This document shows, one piece after another, positions 11,795 to 22,493 of a DNA stretch of 64,000 nucleotides (position 1 is the first letter of the stretch; every line of letters starts with the position of its first letter). The DNA comes from Tubulanus polymorphus (Eukaryota; Animalia; Nemertea): NCBI RefSeq assembly GCF_964204645.1, contig NC_134029.1:12736850-12800849 (forward strand). Direction: 5' to 3'. The translations under genes were made by a program, and so were the position numbers. The notes below the pieces were generated by a model that saw nothing but the letters and a program-made list of their open reading frames with translations, was not told the DNA's origin and did not search any database.

Positions 11795-11918
11795 TTATTA
11801 TACGTATTTTTGCACGTTTGTAATAATGAGTCATAAGTCTCGGCGTCATAGTAACAGCTGTAACAGCTGTGAATTTATAGATTTATTCCATAGCTCCGTA
11901 CATTGAATGTATATAGGC

Positions 11919-12155
11919 TCAAATAGAATCATTTTCTAGTATAAACATCGGATCCTCAACGTATTGTTTATTATTTGGATCATTATTCCATAATTCAATA
12001 AATTTCTTTGCTTTTGTTAACTGTTCTGAATATAACTGTAAATATTCTAATTTCAATTTATTCTCTAAATGTGTTTTAGTTCTATTGTGTCTTGCTTTTT
12101 GGGATTTATCTATATTGATATTACATGTTGAACAGTAGTACTTATTTGCTTCCAT
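11919..12155 (-). CDS. Chimeric ORF: first zinc finger of polB (within TIR) fused to a copy of the HNH C-terminal tail
   Basis: MEANKYYCSTC...KLKLEY + LQLYSEQLTKAKKFIELWNNDPNN; same junction in B. Confidence 0.6.
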   Translation of the reverse strand: MEANKYYCSTCNINIDKSQKARHNRTKTHLENKLKLEYLQLYSEQLTKAKKFIELWNNDPNNKQYVEDPMFILENDSI

Positions 12156-12325
12156 TTTAATATCAAATTTTTTATTAAAATTGAACATAACACTTACCTC
12201 TCAACGCGTCCCGCCACCTGTGAGTCCAACCACGTGTGAGTCCCGCCTATTTATACTACTCAACAGTGGGGAAAACCCAGCTGCGTGTTGAGACTTGTAA
12301 ATTATGAGGCTTGTGATTGGCTAGT

Positions 12326-12772
12326 AGTAATAGGGGTAATAGGCTTTCAGATCAAAGGTCGAACGGTCGAGCTCGTAAAAAATGAAAAACATAAAAATAA
12401 TAACAATTTCTACTTGAATTACTCGCGAAACTCATAAAAATGAAAAATAAATTCTCACACGCTCGAATTTATTTTTCATTTTAATGAGTTTCACTCCTAA
12501 TTCAAGTAGAAATTGTTATTATTTTTATGTTTTTCATTTTTTACTCACCCGCCCGTTCAACCTTTAACCCGAAAGCCTATTACCCCTATTACTCTTAAAA
12601 TATTCATTTAAATCATTGAACTTCTAAAATCAATTTTAATAAAAAATATAGTATTAAAATGGAAGCAAATAAGTACTACTGCCCAACATGTAATATCGAT
12701 ATAGATAAATCCCAAAAAGCAAGACACAATAAAACTAGAACACATTTAGAGAATAAATTGAAACTAGAATAT
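12326..12772 (+). repeat. Left TIR of B (~447 bp), with 268-bp terminal fold-back at 12326..12593
   Basis: Inverted copy at 29158..29619; internal palindrome with apex TCACACGCTC. Confidence 0.95.
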
Positions 12773-15700
12773 AAAGATAATATATTAGAAACTAAATTAG
12801 AAGAATTAAAGAATGAAAAAGAAACATACAAATGTGATACATGTAATCAATCATTCAGTGATAAAAGATATTATAAAGAACATTTAAAATCTATAAGTCA
12901 TATTAGAAATAAGAATAATGATATTATAGGTGAAGATTATTTTGATAATGATAACGATAAGAAACAGAAGATAATTAAAAGCATAAAAAATAAATTAAAC
13001 AATAAAAGACCATACATGGAAGATGTAAGAAATTATATTAATTCATTAGATAATAAAAAAGATATAGAGATAACCGAAGCATTTAAAAGTGATATTGGTC
13101 CAGCAGCTATCGAGTTTAAATTTCATAAAAGTAAAACAATAGAAGAAAATAAAAAACATTTAGAAAATATGAAAGAAATAATAAAAATAATTACAAACGT
13201 AGAATATCCAAAAATTAGTATATCAGTTAAAGTAAAGTTTATAAAATCTGAAGATAAACCAATATATAATATAAATTCTCATTCACAACATATTATATCT
13301 AAACAACATATAGAAGATAAATTAAATAAATGTTATAATGAAATAAAAACTAAAATAGAAGAGAAATATTTTGAAGGATCTGGTTTAATATTTGATGAGA
13401 TAATATTTATAACTTTACATGTTTATAACACAAAATATAATAAGTTAACTAAATCAAAACCAATAGATGAAAATAATGTATCATATTATAAAGAACCTGA
13501 TATTGAAGCATCAAGTTATATTAAACTACCATTTAAAACTAATGCTGTAATAAACGTACAAAATGAAGATGATAAATGTTTTATATGGGCTATAATAAGT
13601 TGTTTACATCCTGCAACTTATAATATTTGTAGATTAACTCATTATAAACCATTTGAAAATAATTATAAGATAGATAAGTATCCTGTTAGAATTAAAAACA
13701 TCCCAAAAATAGAAAGAGATAATAATTTAAAGATAAATGTATTTGATTTAATCAAATTACCAAATACAAAAGGTAACAACATAAAACATTATACATTAGA
13801 ACCTTTATACCTATCAAAAGATTATGATTCAAATGATGTTATAGATATACTATATTATGAGAATCATTATATGTGGATTAAACAAATAGATTTATTTTTT
13901 AGAACAGAAAGTGATCACCATAATAAGATATATCTATGTAGAAAATGTTTACATAAATTTAGTAATGAAAGTACATTATTAAATCATAAACAATTATGTG
14001 ATAATCATGATTATTGTAAATTAGTTTTACCAAATGAAAAAGATAAAATATTAGAATTCAAAAAATATGATTACAAAAATAAAGTACCATTTGTAATATA
14101 TGGAGATTTTGAATCATTAAATAAAGAATTAACAGATAAAGATAGAAAAGATATATATTATAAAAGAAAGAAATTAAATTCTAATGAAAATGATTATTCA
14201 GATGAACCATCAATAACAAATACTATTAAAAAGATTCATCAATCAGCTGCTGCTTTCGGGTTATATATTAAATCTAATTATCCAGAACTAATTGAAAGTG
14301 AATATTATAATTACAGAAATGAAAATGTTATCAATCATTTTTGTGACTTATTAATTGAATATGAAATAAGATTTAATGAAAAGTTAAATAAAAACATAGA
14401 AATTATAATGACAGAAGAAGATAAAGAAGCATTTGAGTTTGCAGATAAATGTTATTATTGTGAAAAGATATTTAATTATAAAGATAAAAAAGTAAGAGAC
14501 CATGATCATTTGAATGGAAAGTTTAGAGGCGCTGCACATGAGAATTGTAACTTACAAGCTAAGAAAATTAACTTTGTACCAGTTATATTTCATAACCTAT
14601 CAGGATATGATGCACATTTATTTATCAAACAGTTATGTCATAAAATAGAAGAAATCAATAATGAAATAGAAATATTAAATTCAAATAGATCAAAAGATAA
14701 AATACCAACTTATAGATTTAGAATGTTAGCTAAAACATCTGAGAATTATATATCATTCCAATTTGGTTGTCTAAGATTTATAGATTCATATAGATTTTTA
14801 AATAGTTCATTAGATAACTTATCAAAATCATTAGTTGATGATGAATTAAAGATATTAAAAGAATATTACCCAAATAATGATGATTTTAAATTAATGAGAT
14901 ATAAAGGAGCAATTCCATATTCTTTCTATAAAAATCATAATGATTTTAAAATAACTGAATTATTGAAAGAACAATTTTATGATGAATTAAAAAATGAATA
15001 TGTTAAAGATGAAGTCTATAATAGAACATTGAATATTTGGAATCATTTCAAAATAGAAAATCACGGGCAATTAGTAGATTTATATTTAAAATCAGATGTA
15101 TTATTATTAACCGATATATTCGAAAGGTTTAGAGATGTAAACCTAAAATATTTCAATATTGATCCTTGTCATTGTTATTCATCACCAGGATTAACATGGG
15201 ATTGTGGATTAAAATTTACAGATATAAAAATGGATTTGTTAACAAATATAGATCAATTACTATTATTTGAAAAATCTATAAGAGGAGGTGTTTCAGGTGT
15301 ATTGGGTGATAGATATTTCAATGTAAATGATAATCCTGGATATAAATTATTATACATAGATGCAAATAATCTTTATGGTTGGGCAATGATGGAACCACAA
15401 CCTTATGGGATGTTTGAAATAACTGAAGTTTTACAAATTGATAAATTTGATTGGAAGAAAAGAATCCTAGATATTGCAGATGATTCAGATATTGGTTACT
15501 TCTTCGTTGTAGATTTAGAATACCCTGAAAATATTAAATTCAAATCTAGAAATCTAGCATATTGTCCCGAACATAAAACTGTTAAACATGAAGAATTATC
15601 AAATTATCAAAAAAGAATTAAACCCGATAATCATATTCATACTGAAAAGTTAATGGTAACTCAAGAAGATAAATATAATTACGTTGTGCATTATAGAATG

Positions 15701-16684
15701 TTGAAGTTTTATTTGAGACAAGGAATGATATTAAAAAAAGTACATAGATATATTTCATTCAGTCAATCTAAATGGTTAGAAAAATATATAGATTTTAATA
15801 CTACACAGAGAACTAAATCTAAAACTGATTTTGAAAAAGATTTTTTTAAGTTAATGAATAATGCGTTCTATGGAAAAACTTGTGAAAACATAAGAAATAG
15901 AAATGATATTGAGTTAGTTAGTAATGGTAAAAGGATAAGGCATTTACAATCATATCCTAAGTTTATAGGTAACAGAATATTTGATGAAAATTTAGCAGCA
16001 GTTAAAATGAGAAGAACTTCAATGAAGTTCGATAAACCTATTTATGTTGGTGCATCAGTTCTAGAAATTTCAAAATTATTAATGTATCAATTTTACTATA
16101 ACATATTACAACCTAATTTTGGAGAAAAGAATATAGAAATTCTATACTTTGATACAGATTCTTACATATTAAAGATAAAAACTGATAACATAACTGATGA
16201 TTTAAAAACATTAAAACACCATTTTGATTTTAGTAATTATCCAAAAAATCATGAATTGTTTACCAATGATAATAAAAAAGTTCCTGGGAAGTTTAAAGAT
16301 GAATTAGGTGGTGAAGAAATGATAGAGTTCATTGGTATTAGATCTAAAATGTATTCATATAAAACTAAAGAACATGAAGCTAAAAAGTTAAAAGGAATTA
16401 CCAAAAGTGTAGTAGAAAAGAATATTCATTTCAAAGATTACATCAATTGTATATTTAATGAAGAAGTTAGAAAACATAAGATGAAATGTTTAAGACCTGA
16501 AGATCATGAAATGTATATTGAAGAGATAGAGAAGATAAGTCTAAACCCATTTGATGATAAAAGATATATTTTAGATGATGGAATCCACACAGTCGCCTAT
16601 GGTTGCAATTTAGATGAATATATAAAATTCAAAAGAGAAGAAACAAAAGAAAATGAGATTATGAAAAGGATTCTAACGTGTTAA
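12659..16684 (+). CDS. polB: Protein-primed family B DNA polymerase with N-terminal zinc fingers, putative terminal protein/OTU-like region and EndoVII-like insert
   Basis: Intact 1341 aa; exonuclease YGDFES and FHNLSGYD, YIDANNLYGWAM, KLMNNAFYGK, YFDTDS, KMY; CYYC..DHDH..G..RG..H..CN; DDKCFIWA...NHY. Confidence 0.97.
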   Translation: MEANKYYCPTCNIDIDKSQKARHNKTRTHLENKLKLEYKDNILETKLEELKNEKETYKCDTCNQSFSDKRYYKEHLKSISHIRNKNNDIIGEDYFDNDNDKKQKIIKSIKNKLNNKRPYMEDVRNYINSLDNKKDIEITEAFKSDIGPAAIEFKFHKSKTIEENKKHLENMKEIIKIITNVEYPKISISVKVKFIKSEDKPIYNINSHSQHIISKQHIEDKLNKCYNEIKTKIEEKYFEGSGLIFDEIIFITLHVYNTKYNKLTKSKPIDENNVSYYKEPDIEASSYIKLPFKTNAVINVQNEDDKCFIWAIISCLHPATYNICRLTHYKPFENNYKIDKYPVRIKNIPKIERDNNLKINVFDLIKLPNTKGNNIKHYTLEPLYLSKDYDSNDVIDILYYENHYMWIKQIDLFFRTESDHHNKIYLCRKCLHKFSNESTLLNHKQLCDNHDYCKLVLPNEKDKILEFKKYDYKNKVPFVIYGDFESLNKELTDKDRKDIYYKRKKLNSNENDYSDEPSITNTIKKIHQSAAAFGLYIKSNYPELIESEYYNYRNENVINHFCDLLIEYEIRFNEKLNKNIEIIMTEEDKEAFEFADKCYYCEKIFNYKDKKVRDHDHLNGKFRGAAHENCNLQAKKINFVPVIFHNLSGYDAHLFIKQLCHKIEEINNEIEILNSNRSKDKIPTYRFRMLAKTSENYISFQFGCLRFIDSYRFLNSSLDNLSKSLVDDELKILKEYYPNNDDFKLMRYKGAIPYSFYKNHNDFKITELLKEQFYDELKNEYVKDEVYNRTLNIWNHFKIENHGQLVDLYLKSDVLLLTDIFERFRDVNLKYFNIDPCHCYSSPGLTWDCGLKFTDIKMDLLTNIDQLLLFEKSIRGGVSGVLGDRYFNVNDNPGYKLLYIDANNLYGWAMMEPQPYGMFEITEVLQIDKFDWKKRILDIADDSDIGYFFVVDLEYPENIKFKSRNLAYCPEHKTVKHEELSNYQKRIKPDNHIHTEKLMVTQEDKYNYVVHYRMLKFYLRQGMILKKVHRYISFSQSKWLEKYIDFNTTQRTKSKTDFEKDFFKLMNNAFYGKTCENIRNRNDIELVSNGKRIRHLQSYPKFIGNRIFDENLAAVKMRRTSMKFDKPIYVGASVLEISKLLMYQFYYNILQPNFGEKNIEILYFDTDSYILKIKTDNITDDLKTLKHHFDFSNYPKNHELFTNDNKKVPGKFKDELGGEEMIEFIGIRSKMYSYKTKEHEAKKLKGITKSVVEKNIHFKDYINCIFNEEVRKHKMKCLRPEDHEMYIEEIEKISLNPFDDKRYILDDGIHTVAYGCNLDEYIKFKREETKENEIMKRILTC

Positions 16685-16712
16685 TCAATTTCAATAAAAA
16701 TTTGTATAATAA

Positions 16713-17054
16713 ATGGAGAGTAAACAAGTACACTGTGAATTCTTAGATAGAATTAAAGATACTTCAAGCGTCAAATCTGTAGATTATAAATTTAAAAAAC
16801 TAACTGAGTTAACAATTCACAAGAAATATTTAATTACTAACATTGAAACAATTACTAATAAATATGGAGATAAATTAGTAATTCATTTAGAATATGAAGG
16901 ATTAAAAGGAAATACATATAAATTCAGAACATATTTACCAGATAGATTTCATAGATTATCAAGTGAAGATCAAGAAGAATTATGTTCTGGAGATTTCTAT
17001 TTCGTATACAAAGGTAAGAATGAAAAAGGGCACCACGATATTGATTTTGAATGA
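16713..17054 (+). CDS. Small conserved beta-rich protein, possibly an OB-fold ssDNA-binding protein
   Basis: TAAATG start; homolog in C 33312..33638 (KKL..., T.YG, LPD, Y.GKNE.GHHD). Fold is inferred. Confidence 0.7.
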   Translation: MESKQVHCEFLDRIKDTSSVKSVDYKFKKLTELTIHKKYLITNIETITNKYGDKLVIHLEYEGLKGNTYKFRTYLPDRFHRLSSEDQEELCSGDFYFVYKGKNEKGHHDIDFE

Positions 17055-17069
17055 AAATATGTAAAATAA

Positions 17070-17825
17070 ATGGTAGAATTAAAAGAATACAGAATATTTG
17101 TTGATTCTAGAAAACTTACAAATTATAAATCTCATAATTTACTAGTACAATTAGATAGAGAATTCAAGAATTGTGTAGATTTAAAATTAGTAAATATAAG
17201 TTTATGTAATTCTTTTCATAATATATCAAATAAAAGTCTTGATCATTTAGCTTTTAAAATTCATGTTAGAAATTTGAATAAATGGTTTCATCTTTATCTA
17301 AAACCAGGATTATATAATTTAGAAACATTAGCGCAAGAAATTAATAGAAGAGCTCGTTTAAAAATGGGTGCAGCTGCTAGATTTGAAATTAAATTTATCA
17401 AAAATGATAGTTCGAATAAAATAAGAATAAAGTTAACTAATGAACAACATAGATTTCTAGTAAGAAAACCTTTAGCTAAACTGTTTGGAATTCTCCCGGA
17501 TAGAGATTATTCAAGTATCGAAACTTATACAAATTTAATGACTTTTACACATTTTTATATTTATTGCAATTTAATCGATCCTACAAAAACATTCGAAGCA
17601 ACTAAAGATATAACTTGTAATTCTAGTATATTAAACATTTTACCATTGAAGAATGTTAAACAATTTGGAACGCAAATAAATTACAATTTAGCTGAATGTG
17701 ATTTTAAACCTTGTATTCCTCAATTTAATAATTTTAAATTAGAAATAAGAAATCATAATGGATACTTAATTGATTTGAATAACTTTCCTGTAATTTATGA
17801 ATTAGTTATAAGATGTAAAGAGTAA
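17070..17825 (+). CDS. Putative minor capsid (penton, single jelly-roll) protein
   Basis: N-terminal IFVDSR, LKPGLY, YIYCNLI, C-terminal LEIRNHNGYLIDLNN pattern typical of polinton pentons; 251 aa. Confidence 0.8.
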   Translation: MVELKEYRIFVDSRKLTNYKSHNLLVQLDREFKNCVDLKLVNISLCNSFHNISNKSLDHLAFKIHVRNLNKWFHLYLKPGLYNLETLAQEINRRARLKMGAAARFEIKFIKNDSSNKIRIKLTNEQHRFLVRKPLAKLFGILPDRDYSSIETYTNLMTFTHFYIYCNLIDPTKTFEATKDITCNSSILNILPLKNVKQFGTQINYNLAECDFKPCIPQFNNFKLEIRNHNGYLIDLNNFPVIYELVIRCKE

Positions 17826-17841
17826 TTTTTTCACTATATAA

Positions 17842-18186
17842 ATGAATATAACTGTTGGACCGAGTATATGTTTTGGGTTTGATTTTAAACGTGAGAAAGA
17901 AATGAAATTTAAAATTAATGATGTAATTACACATATCAAAAATATTGCATTTTCTAATGAAACAACATTTGAGTATGAAACAACAATTGATAAAGAAACT
18001 TTTAATGTAGAAAAGATTACCGAGTCTTTAAGATTTTATGAATTAGATGAAGATTTTATAATCGATGATATTAAAAAAATAATAATTGAAATATATACCA
18101 ATGAAACTAGTAATAAAATAAATGTTGAATTAATCATAAATAAGTTAACTAAATATTTTGAAGATAGTAATTTTTTTGATAAATAA
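17842..18186 (+). CDS. Hypothetical protein
   Basis: TAAATG start; homolog in C at 43175..43520. Confidence 0.75.
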   Translation: MNITVGPSICFGFDFKREKEMKFKINDVITHIKNIAFSNETTFEYETTIDKETFNVEKITESLRFYELDEDFIIDDIKKIIIEIYTNETSNKINVELIINKLTKYFEDSNFFDK

Positions 18187-18408
18187 ATGAGTGATAATAA
18201 GTGGATAATAACTGGATTATATAATGGCGCATTACTATCAGTTGGAACTGTTGGTTATTCAATGGTATTAAAAAAAGTATTCAAAATGGGAAGTGTTAAT
18301 GTTGATAGATTTTATATAAATGATATTTTAAAGTTAACATTAGCAGTTACTTTATCTAATTTAACTATTGATTATTTGGAAAAACAAAAATATATTCCTC
18401 CCATATAA
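18187..18408 (+). CDS. Small hydrophobic protein (putative virion membrane protein)
   Basis: 73 aa, nearly identical in C 42950..43171. Confidence 0.8.
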   Translation: MSDNKWIITGLYNGALLSVGTVGYSMVLKKVFKMGSVNVDRFYINDILKLTLAVTLSNLTIDYLEKQKYIPPI

Positions 18409-18432
18409 ATGCATAATTTTTTTGCTAAATAA

Positions 18433-18855
18433 ATGGCTTCTGCAATTATAACTATTATAAGATCGGCAATTGTTAACGCTTTAGCATTTACTGGTGGTGG
18501 TTATTTATTTAAACATATTGATAAAAATAGTTCATTAGGAGAACAAAGAAGACATAACTTAGCGTTAGAGAAATACAATAAAGCTGCAGAAGAATATAGA
18601 GAAAAGAGGCAAAACTATATGGATTACATCAATAAAGAATTATATGATCAGAAGATTTCACATAGAGATTTTCAATCAGTTGATGATGCAATGAGTTTAT
18701 ATAACGCGGTAACAAATAAAGAAAAATTACATCTATACAAACCTAAATTATCAGATTATTATACCCCAAGTAAAGAACAACAGAAATATGAAATAATATG
18801 GATTTTAGGTGGAACAGTTATTGTTATATTTGTTGCTTATAAATTTACTAATTAG
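18433..18855 (+). CDS. Protein with hydrophobic N- and C-termini and central coiled coil
   Basis: 140 aa; VNALAFTGG, RHNLALE; homolog C 42503..42925. Confidence 0.82.
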   Translation: MASAIITIIRSAIVNALAFTGGGYLFKHIDKNSSLGEQRRHNLALEKYNKAAEEYREKRQNYMDYINKELYDQKISHRDFQSVDDAMSLYNAVTNKEKLHLYKPKLSDYYTPSKEQQKYEIIWILGGTVIVIFVAYKFTN

Positions 18856-18874
18856 TAAGTTTTATTCTAAATAA

Positions 18875-19309
18875 ATGGAAGATAAAGTTGATAGTATTGA
18901 TATTATTCCTCATGATATAAATAAAACTAAATTAAAAACATATTTAGAAAAACAAATATTAGAATTTGAAAGTGACTTAAAGATAAAAAAGAAAAAATAT
19001 TTAAAAAGTAAAATTATATATTATCTTATTATAAGTGGTTCGGTTACAATTAGTTCTGTAATAACATTTCTAGCAATATTCAGTCCATTAACACCTTTAG
19101 CTATATCAATTGGTGTATTAGGATTAAGTTCAAGTGTTTTAACTGGTATAAGTTCAAAATTAAATATAAAAAGTAATAAAGAAAAAATTAAAACTAATAT
19201 AAAAGAAATAAATAAATTAAAGAACACACTAGATTATATAATAAGTTTAAATGGTCATATAACAGTTGAAGAACAAGATAAATTATTAAAAGAATTAATA
19301 AATTATTAA
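18875..19309 (+). CDS. Two-TM coiled-coil protein
   Basis: 144 aa with central hydrophobic hairpin; interrupted homolog in C. Confidence 0.8.
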   Translation: MEDKVDSIDIIPHDINKTKLKTYLEKQILEFESDLKIKKKKYLKSKIIYYLIISGSVTISSVITFLAIFSPLTPLAISIGVLGLSSSVLTGISSKLNIKSNKEKIKTNIKEINKLKNTLDYIISLNGHITVEEQDKLLKELINY

Positions 19310-19326
19310 TTTTTTTAATTATATAA

Positions 19327-20715
19327 ATGGTAGATAGTTTTCCAAAAGCTTTCCAATATAATAAATCAATTAAATATAATATTCCAGCAATAGATTTTAA
19401 TAAAGATATTACATATAGAAATGAAGTTTTAAATTCATTAACTAATTTAGAAATTTATGTTACTGAAACTAATAATTTTAATGCAAAGATGGAAAATATA
19501 TTTCATGTATATTTAATTAATTTTAAAAAATTGAAAGATGAAAAACAATGGTTATTAAAATCTAATATGAAGTATTGGCAGAACCAATTAAATTTTGCTG
19601 TTTATTGTGCAACAACAGGATGTGGAATAAGTTGGAATGATCATTTAAATAATTCTAAATATAAATTAATTCAAAGTTTATTTAGATTTCATACATACTT
19701 TCAAATCAGAATAATATTAAATGAATTAGAGTGCGCTTTACCAGGATCTAGGTATTTCAAAGAATTAGATAATAATATTAATTTATCAAAGTTTTATAAA
19801 ATTTGTAATGAATTTAATATAGATATAAATAATTCTGATTTTAGAACAAAAATTGGAACAATAAGATCACTTCCTTGCCCTAAAAAGATTGCAGAATATT
19901 GTGCACTTCCCATACCATCTAATAGTTTTTATAATATCTATAATAATAAATTAGGTTATGGTAAAATAGAAACAAAGGATTTAGAAACATTAAATTTCAA
20001 TAAATTACCAAAATTTTATGATAATTTAAAACAAGAAAACAATAATGGTTGGGTATATTTTATTTTAGAAAATAGTGAAGGTTTTACTAAATCAGGTATA
20101 GAAAGAATAAATCAATCTATTAGAACTTATTTGATATGTATTTTAGGTGCGCAAGTTGAAACAAGATCCCCAATAATTGGAAATTTAAATACATCATTCG
20201 ATACACAAAAACAATTCAAAGTATTATTTGAAGATTCCATACATAATGATAAAAATAGATCGATTCCAGAAAACATTATAAGATATCAAAATTATTTAGA
20301 TAAATCTCATGTAAGACTTAATTATTGTATAGGCCCTAATCTATTAATTATTTCTAATGATTTAGTATTAAAGATGGGAAATATAATTGGTTATAATAAT
20401 CTAATTAAAACTGCAACAATAAATAATTCATTTGGATTGAATGATATAAATAAAAAGATTATTACTGCTCCAAAATTAATGGAAGGTGAAAAAAATAAAA
20501 AACATATTCAATCAACTGAAACTAAAACTAAGAATATTAAATTGGATAATGATTCTAAAATAAAAGATTACAATACATCAGAAAATAATAGAACTGATAA
20601 AATTCAACATGATATAATTAAACTAAATGATGATAATAAATCCCATGAAAATACTAAATTAGCTATAACTTGTATAGGAATTGTAATCGGAGGAATATTA
20701 TATTTTAAATTTTAA
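19327..20715 (+). CDS. Conserved polinton protein of unknown function with C-terminal TM anchor
   Basis: 462 aa; WQNQLNFAVYCATTGCGIS, INQSIRTY..CILGAQ; homolog C 39485..40884. Confidence 0.85.
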   Translation: MVDSFPKAFQYNKSIKYNIPAIDFNKDITYRNEVLNSLTNLEIYVTETNNFNAKMENIFHVYLINFKKLKDEKQWLLKSNMKYWQNQLNFAVYCATTGCGISWNDHLNNSKYKLIQSLFRFHTYFQIRIILNELECALPGSRYFKELDNNINLSKFYKICNEFNIDINNSDFRTKIGTIRSLPCPKKIAEYCALPIPSNSFYNIYNNKLGYGKIETKDLETLNFNKLPKFYDNLKQENNNGWVYFILENSEGFTKSGIERINQSIRTYLICILGAQVETRSPIIGNLNTSFDTQKQFKVLFEDSIHNDKNRSIPENIIRYQNYLDKSHVRLNYCIGPNLLIISNDLVLKMGNIIGYNNLIKTATINNSFGLNDINKKIITAPKLMEGEKNKKHIQSTETKTKNIKLDNDSKIKDYNTSENNRTDKIQHDIIKLNDDNKSHENTKLAITCIGIVIGGILYFKF

Positions 20716-20731
20716 TTTTTTTATTATGTAA

Positions 20732-21670
20732 ATGGAAATAGAAGGTGGAGAAGATATTCCATTGGGAGAAATGGGAAATAATAATGAAGGATATATTGAT
20801 AATGATTATAATGATGCAGAAACTAATATTGATGATGATGATGAATCAGCATATAATACTAATTTAGGTGAAGATGATGATTATGATGATGATGATGATG
20901 ATTCCGAATTACGTGAAAAATTATATAAATATTTAAAAGCTCCTGAAAGTGGTAGAATTTCAACTAGAACAGAAAGAAAAGAATTTATGAAACTATTAGT
21001 AGAACAACAAGAAAAATATCCTGATAAACCTATGGAATTATATAAAATGAAATCTAGAGTAACAGATACAATTGTTAACGAACTATTACCAAAAGTTGTA
21101 ATAGATGAAATTGATACTGAAGGTGTTGTAGAACAAATTTTTAAAGATGACCCATATTTCACAAATAATTTAGAATTTAAAAATGATGCATGGTATTATA
21201 ATCTTGAATTAAATAGGAATACCGTATCAATTCAATTATCTAGAATGGGTCAAGAAAATATTTTTGAACCTGGAATGCGAGCAAGATCTACAATTGAACG
21301 TTCAAAAGGTGGCACAGAATTTCTCAGAATTATATGGAATGCAATCGATAGAATAAATGAAGAAGAACCAATTCCGAATATTGATATAAACAAATATTCA
21401 CCATTTAAAAATCCAAATCCAAATCCTACTGATTTTGATCCAGAAATGGAAGAGAATAGAAATCGATTAGATAGATTGAGATCTTCAACACCCGAAACAT
21501 CGAGAAGAGATATTCAACAAATTGATAATGATTCAAATCAATTAAATTATGGTAAAATAATTGATACAATGAATTCATTTGAAGAAGATATGATTAGTAT
21601 TTTAGATACGCCCGGTACTGAAACTAGAATAAATCGAATACAATCTTTACTAGAAAAAAGGATTACTTGA
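20732..21670 (+). CDS. Acidic N-terminal part of a large virion/membrane-type protein (continues in +1 frame)
   Basis: TAAATG start, Asp-rich; the +1 frame continues GLLDLTDDELE into ORF 21729..22448. Confidence 0.75.
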   Translation: MEIEGGEDIPLGEMGNNNEGYIDNDYNDAETNIDDDDESAYNTNLGEDDDYDDDDDDSELREKLYKYLKAPESGRISTRTERKEFMKLLVEQQEKYPDKPMELYKMKSRVTDTIVNELLPKVVIDEIDTEGVVEQIFKDDPYFTNNLEFKNDAWYYNLELNRNTVSIQLSRMGQENIFEPGMRARSTIERSKGGTEFLRIIWNAIDRINEEEPIPNIDINKYSPFKNPNPNPTDFDPEMEENRNRLDRLRSSTPETSRRDIQQIDNDSNQLNYGKIIDTMNSFEEDMISILDTPGTETRINRIQSLLEKRIT

Positions 21671-21728
21671 TTTAACTGATGATGAATTAGAAGCATTTCC
21701 TGAACAAGCACGTAGAGAAATTAAAGGT

Positions 21729-22448
21729 ATGCAAGAATCAGCTGGTGAAATTGCTAATATTAAGATGAGATTTTCTAAAATAACCATATTAGAAAAAGAA
21801 TTAGTTAATGTAGATGAAGAATTAAAACAATTAGAATTAAATAGAGATCATCAAGTAGTTTATGAAGCTTATTTTGAAAGCAAAAAGTTAGTTTTAGTAA
21901 AAGAAATAGATGATTTAGAATATAACATAAAATTACAAAAAGAAGAAAGAGATATATTATTAAAATCATATGATCTTAATCATATTAAAAAATTAAAAGT
22001 TATTTTTAAAGATTTGTTGATTAAACCAGATTCTGAAATATCATTAAAAGACAGAATAAGATTATTACTTAAATTAGAAGGAATAACAATTCTTTCAATT
22101 CTAACAAATGTAACTATGTTATTTACAACAATTGGTTTAGCAATATCAAATGCTTTAAAATCTACTCCTACTCCTACTCCAAATAAACCAGATAAACCTC
22201 CAGGTAATAATTCTATACAAGATAAAGTTAAAGATGGTTTAAAAAAATTAGCAAAATATTTATGGGAACTATCAAAGAAATCTGCTGCAGCATTGCCAGG
22301 AGTTATTGCATCAATTGTTGGTTTTATATTGAAATCTGCAGGAAACATTATTAACTTTGCTGCTGAACATATTATTTTATTTTTAATTACAGTTGTAAGT
22401 GCTATTATTTTTGGGTTAGTAAACCTGATATCAAAAAATATCAAGTAA
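21729..22448 (+). CDS. Coiled-coil plus multi-TM protein (C-terminal part of the above)
   Basis: GITILSILT..., KKSAAALPG.IASIV..IL, C-terminal TM; homologs in A and C. Confidence 0.8.
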   Translation: MQESAGEIANIKMRFSKITILEKELVNVDEELKQLELNRDHQVVYEAYFESKKLVLVKEIDDLEYNIKLQKEERDILLKSYDLNHIKKLKVIFKDLLIKPDSEISLKDRIRLLLKLEGITILSILTNVTMLFTTIGLAISNALKSTPTPTPNKPDKPPGNNSIQDKVKDGLKKLAKYLWELSKKSAAALPGVIASIVGFILKSAGNIINFAAEHIILFLITVVSAIIFGLVNLISKNIK

Positions 22449-22493
22449 ACCATGATATCAAAAAATAAATAATTAATTTTTTTTGTTAAATAA

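Noticed and set aside
18181-18190. TAAATG as mere stop-start translational coupling
   Set aside because: In B only the 18187 start uses the upstream gene's stop as its TAA; the others are separated from or out of frame with upstream stops.
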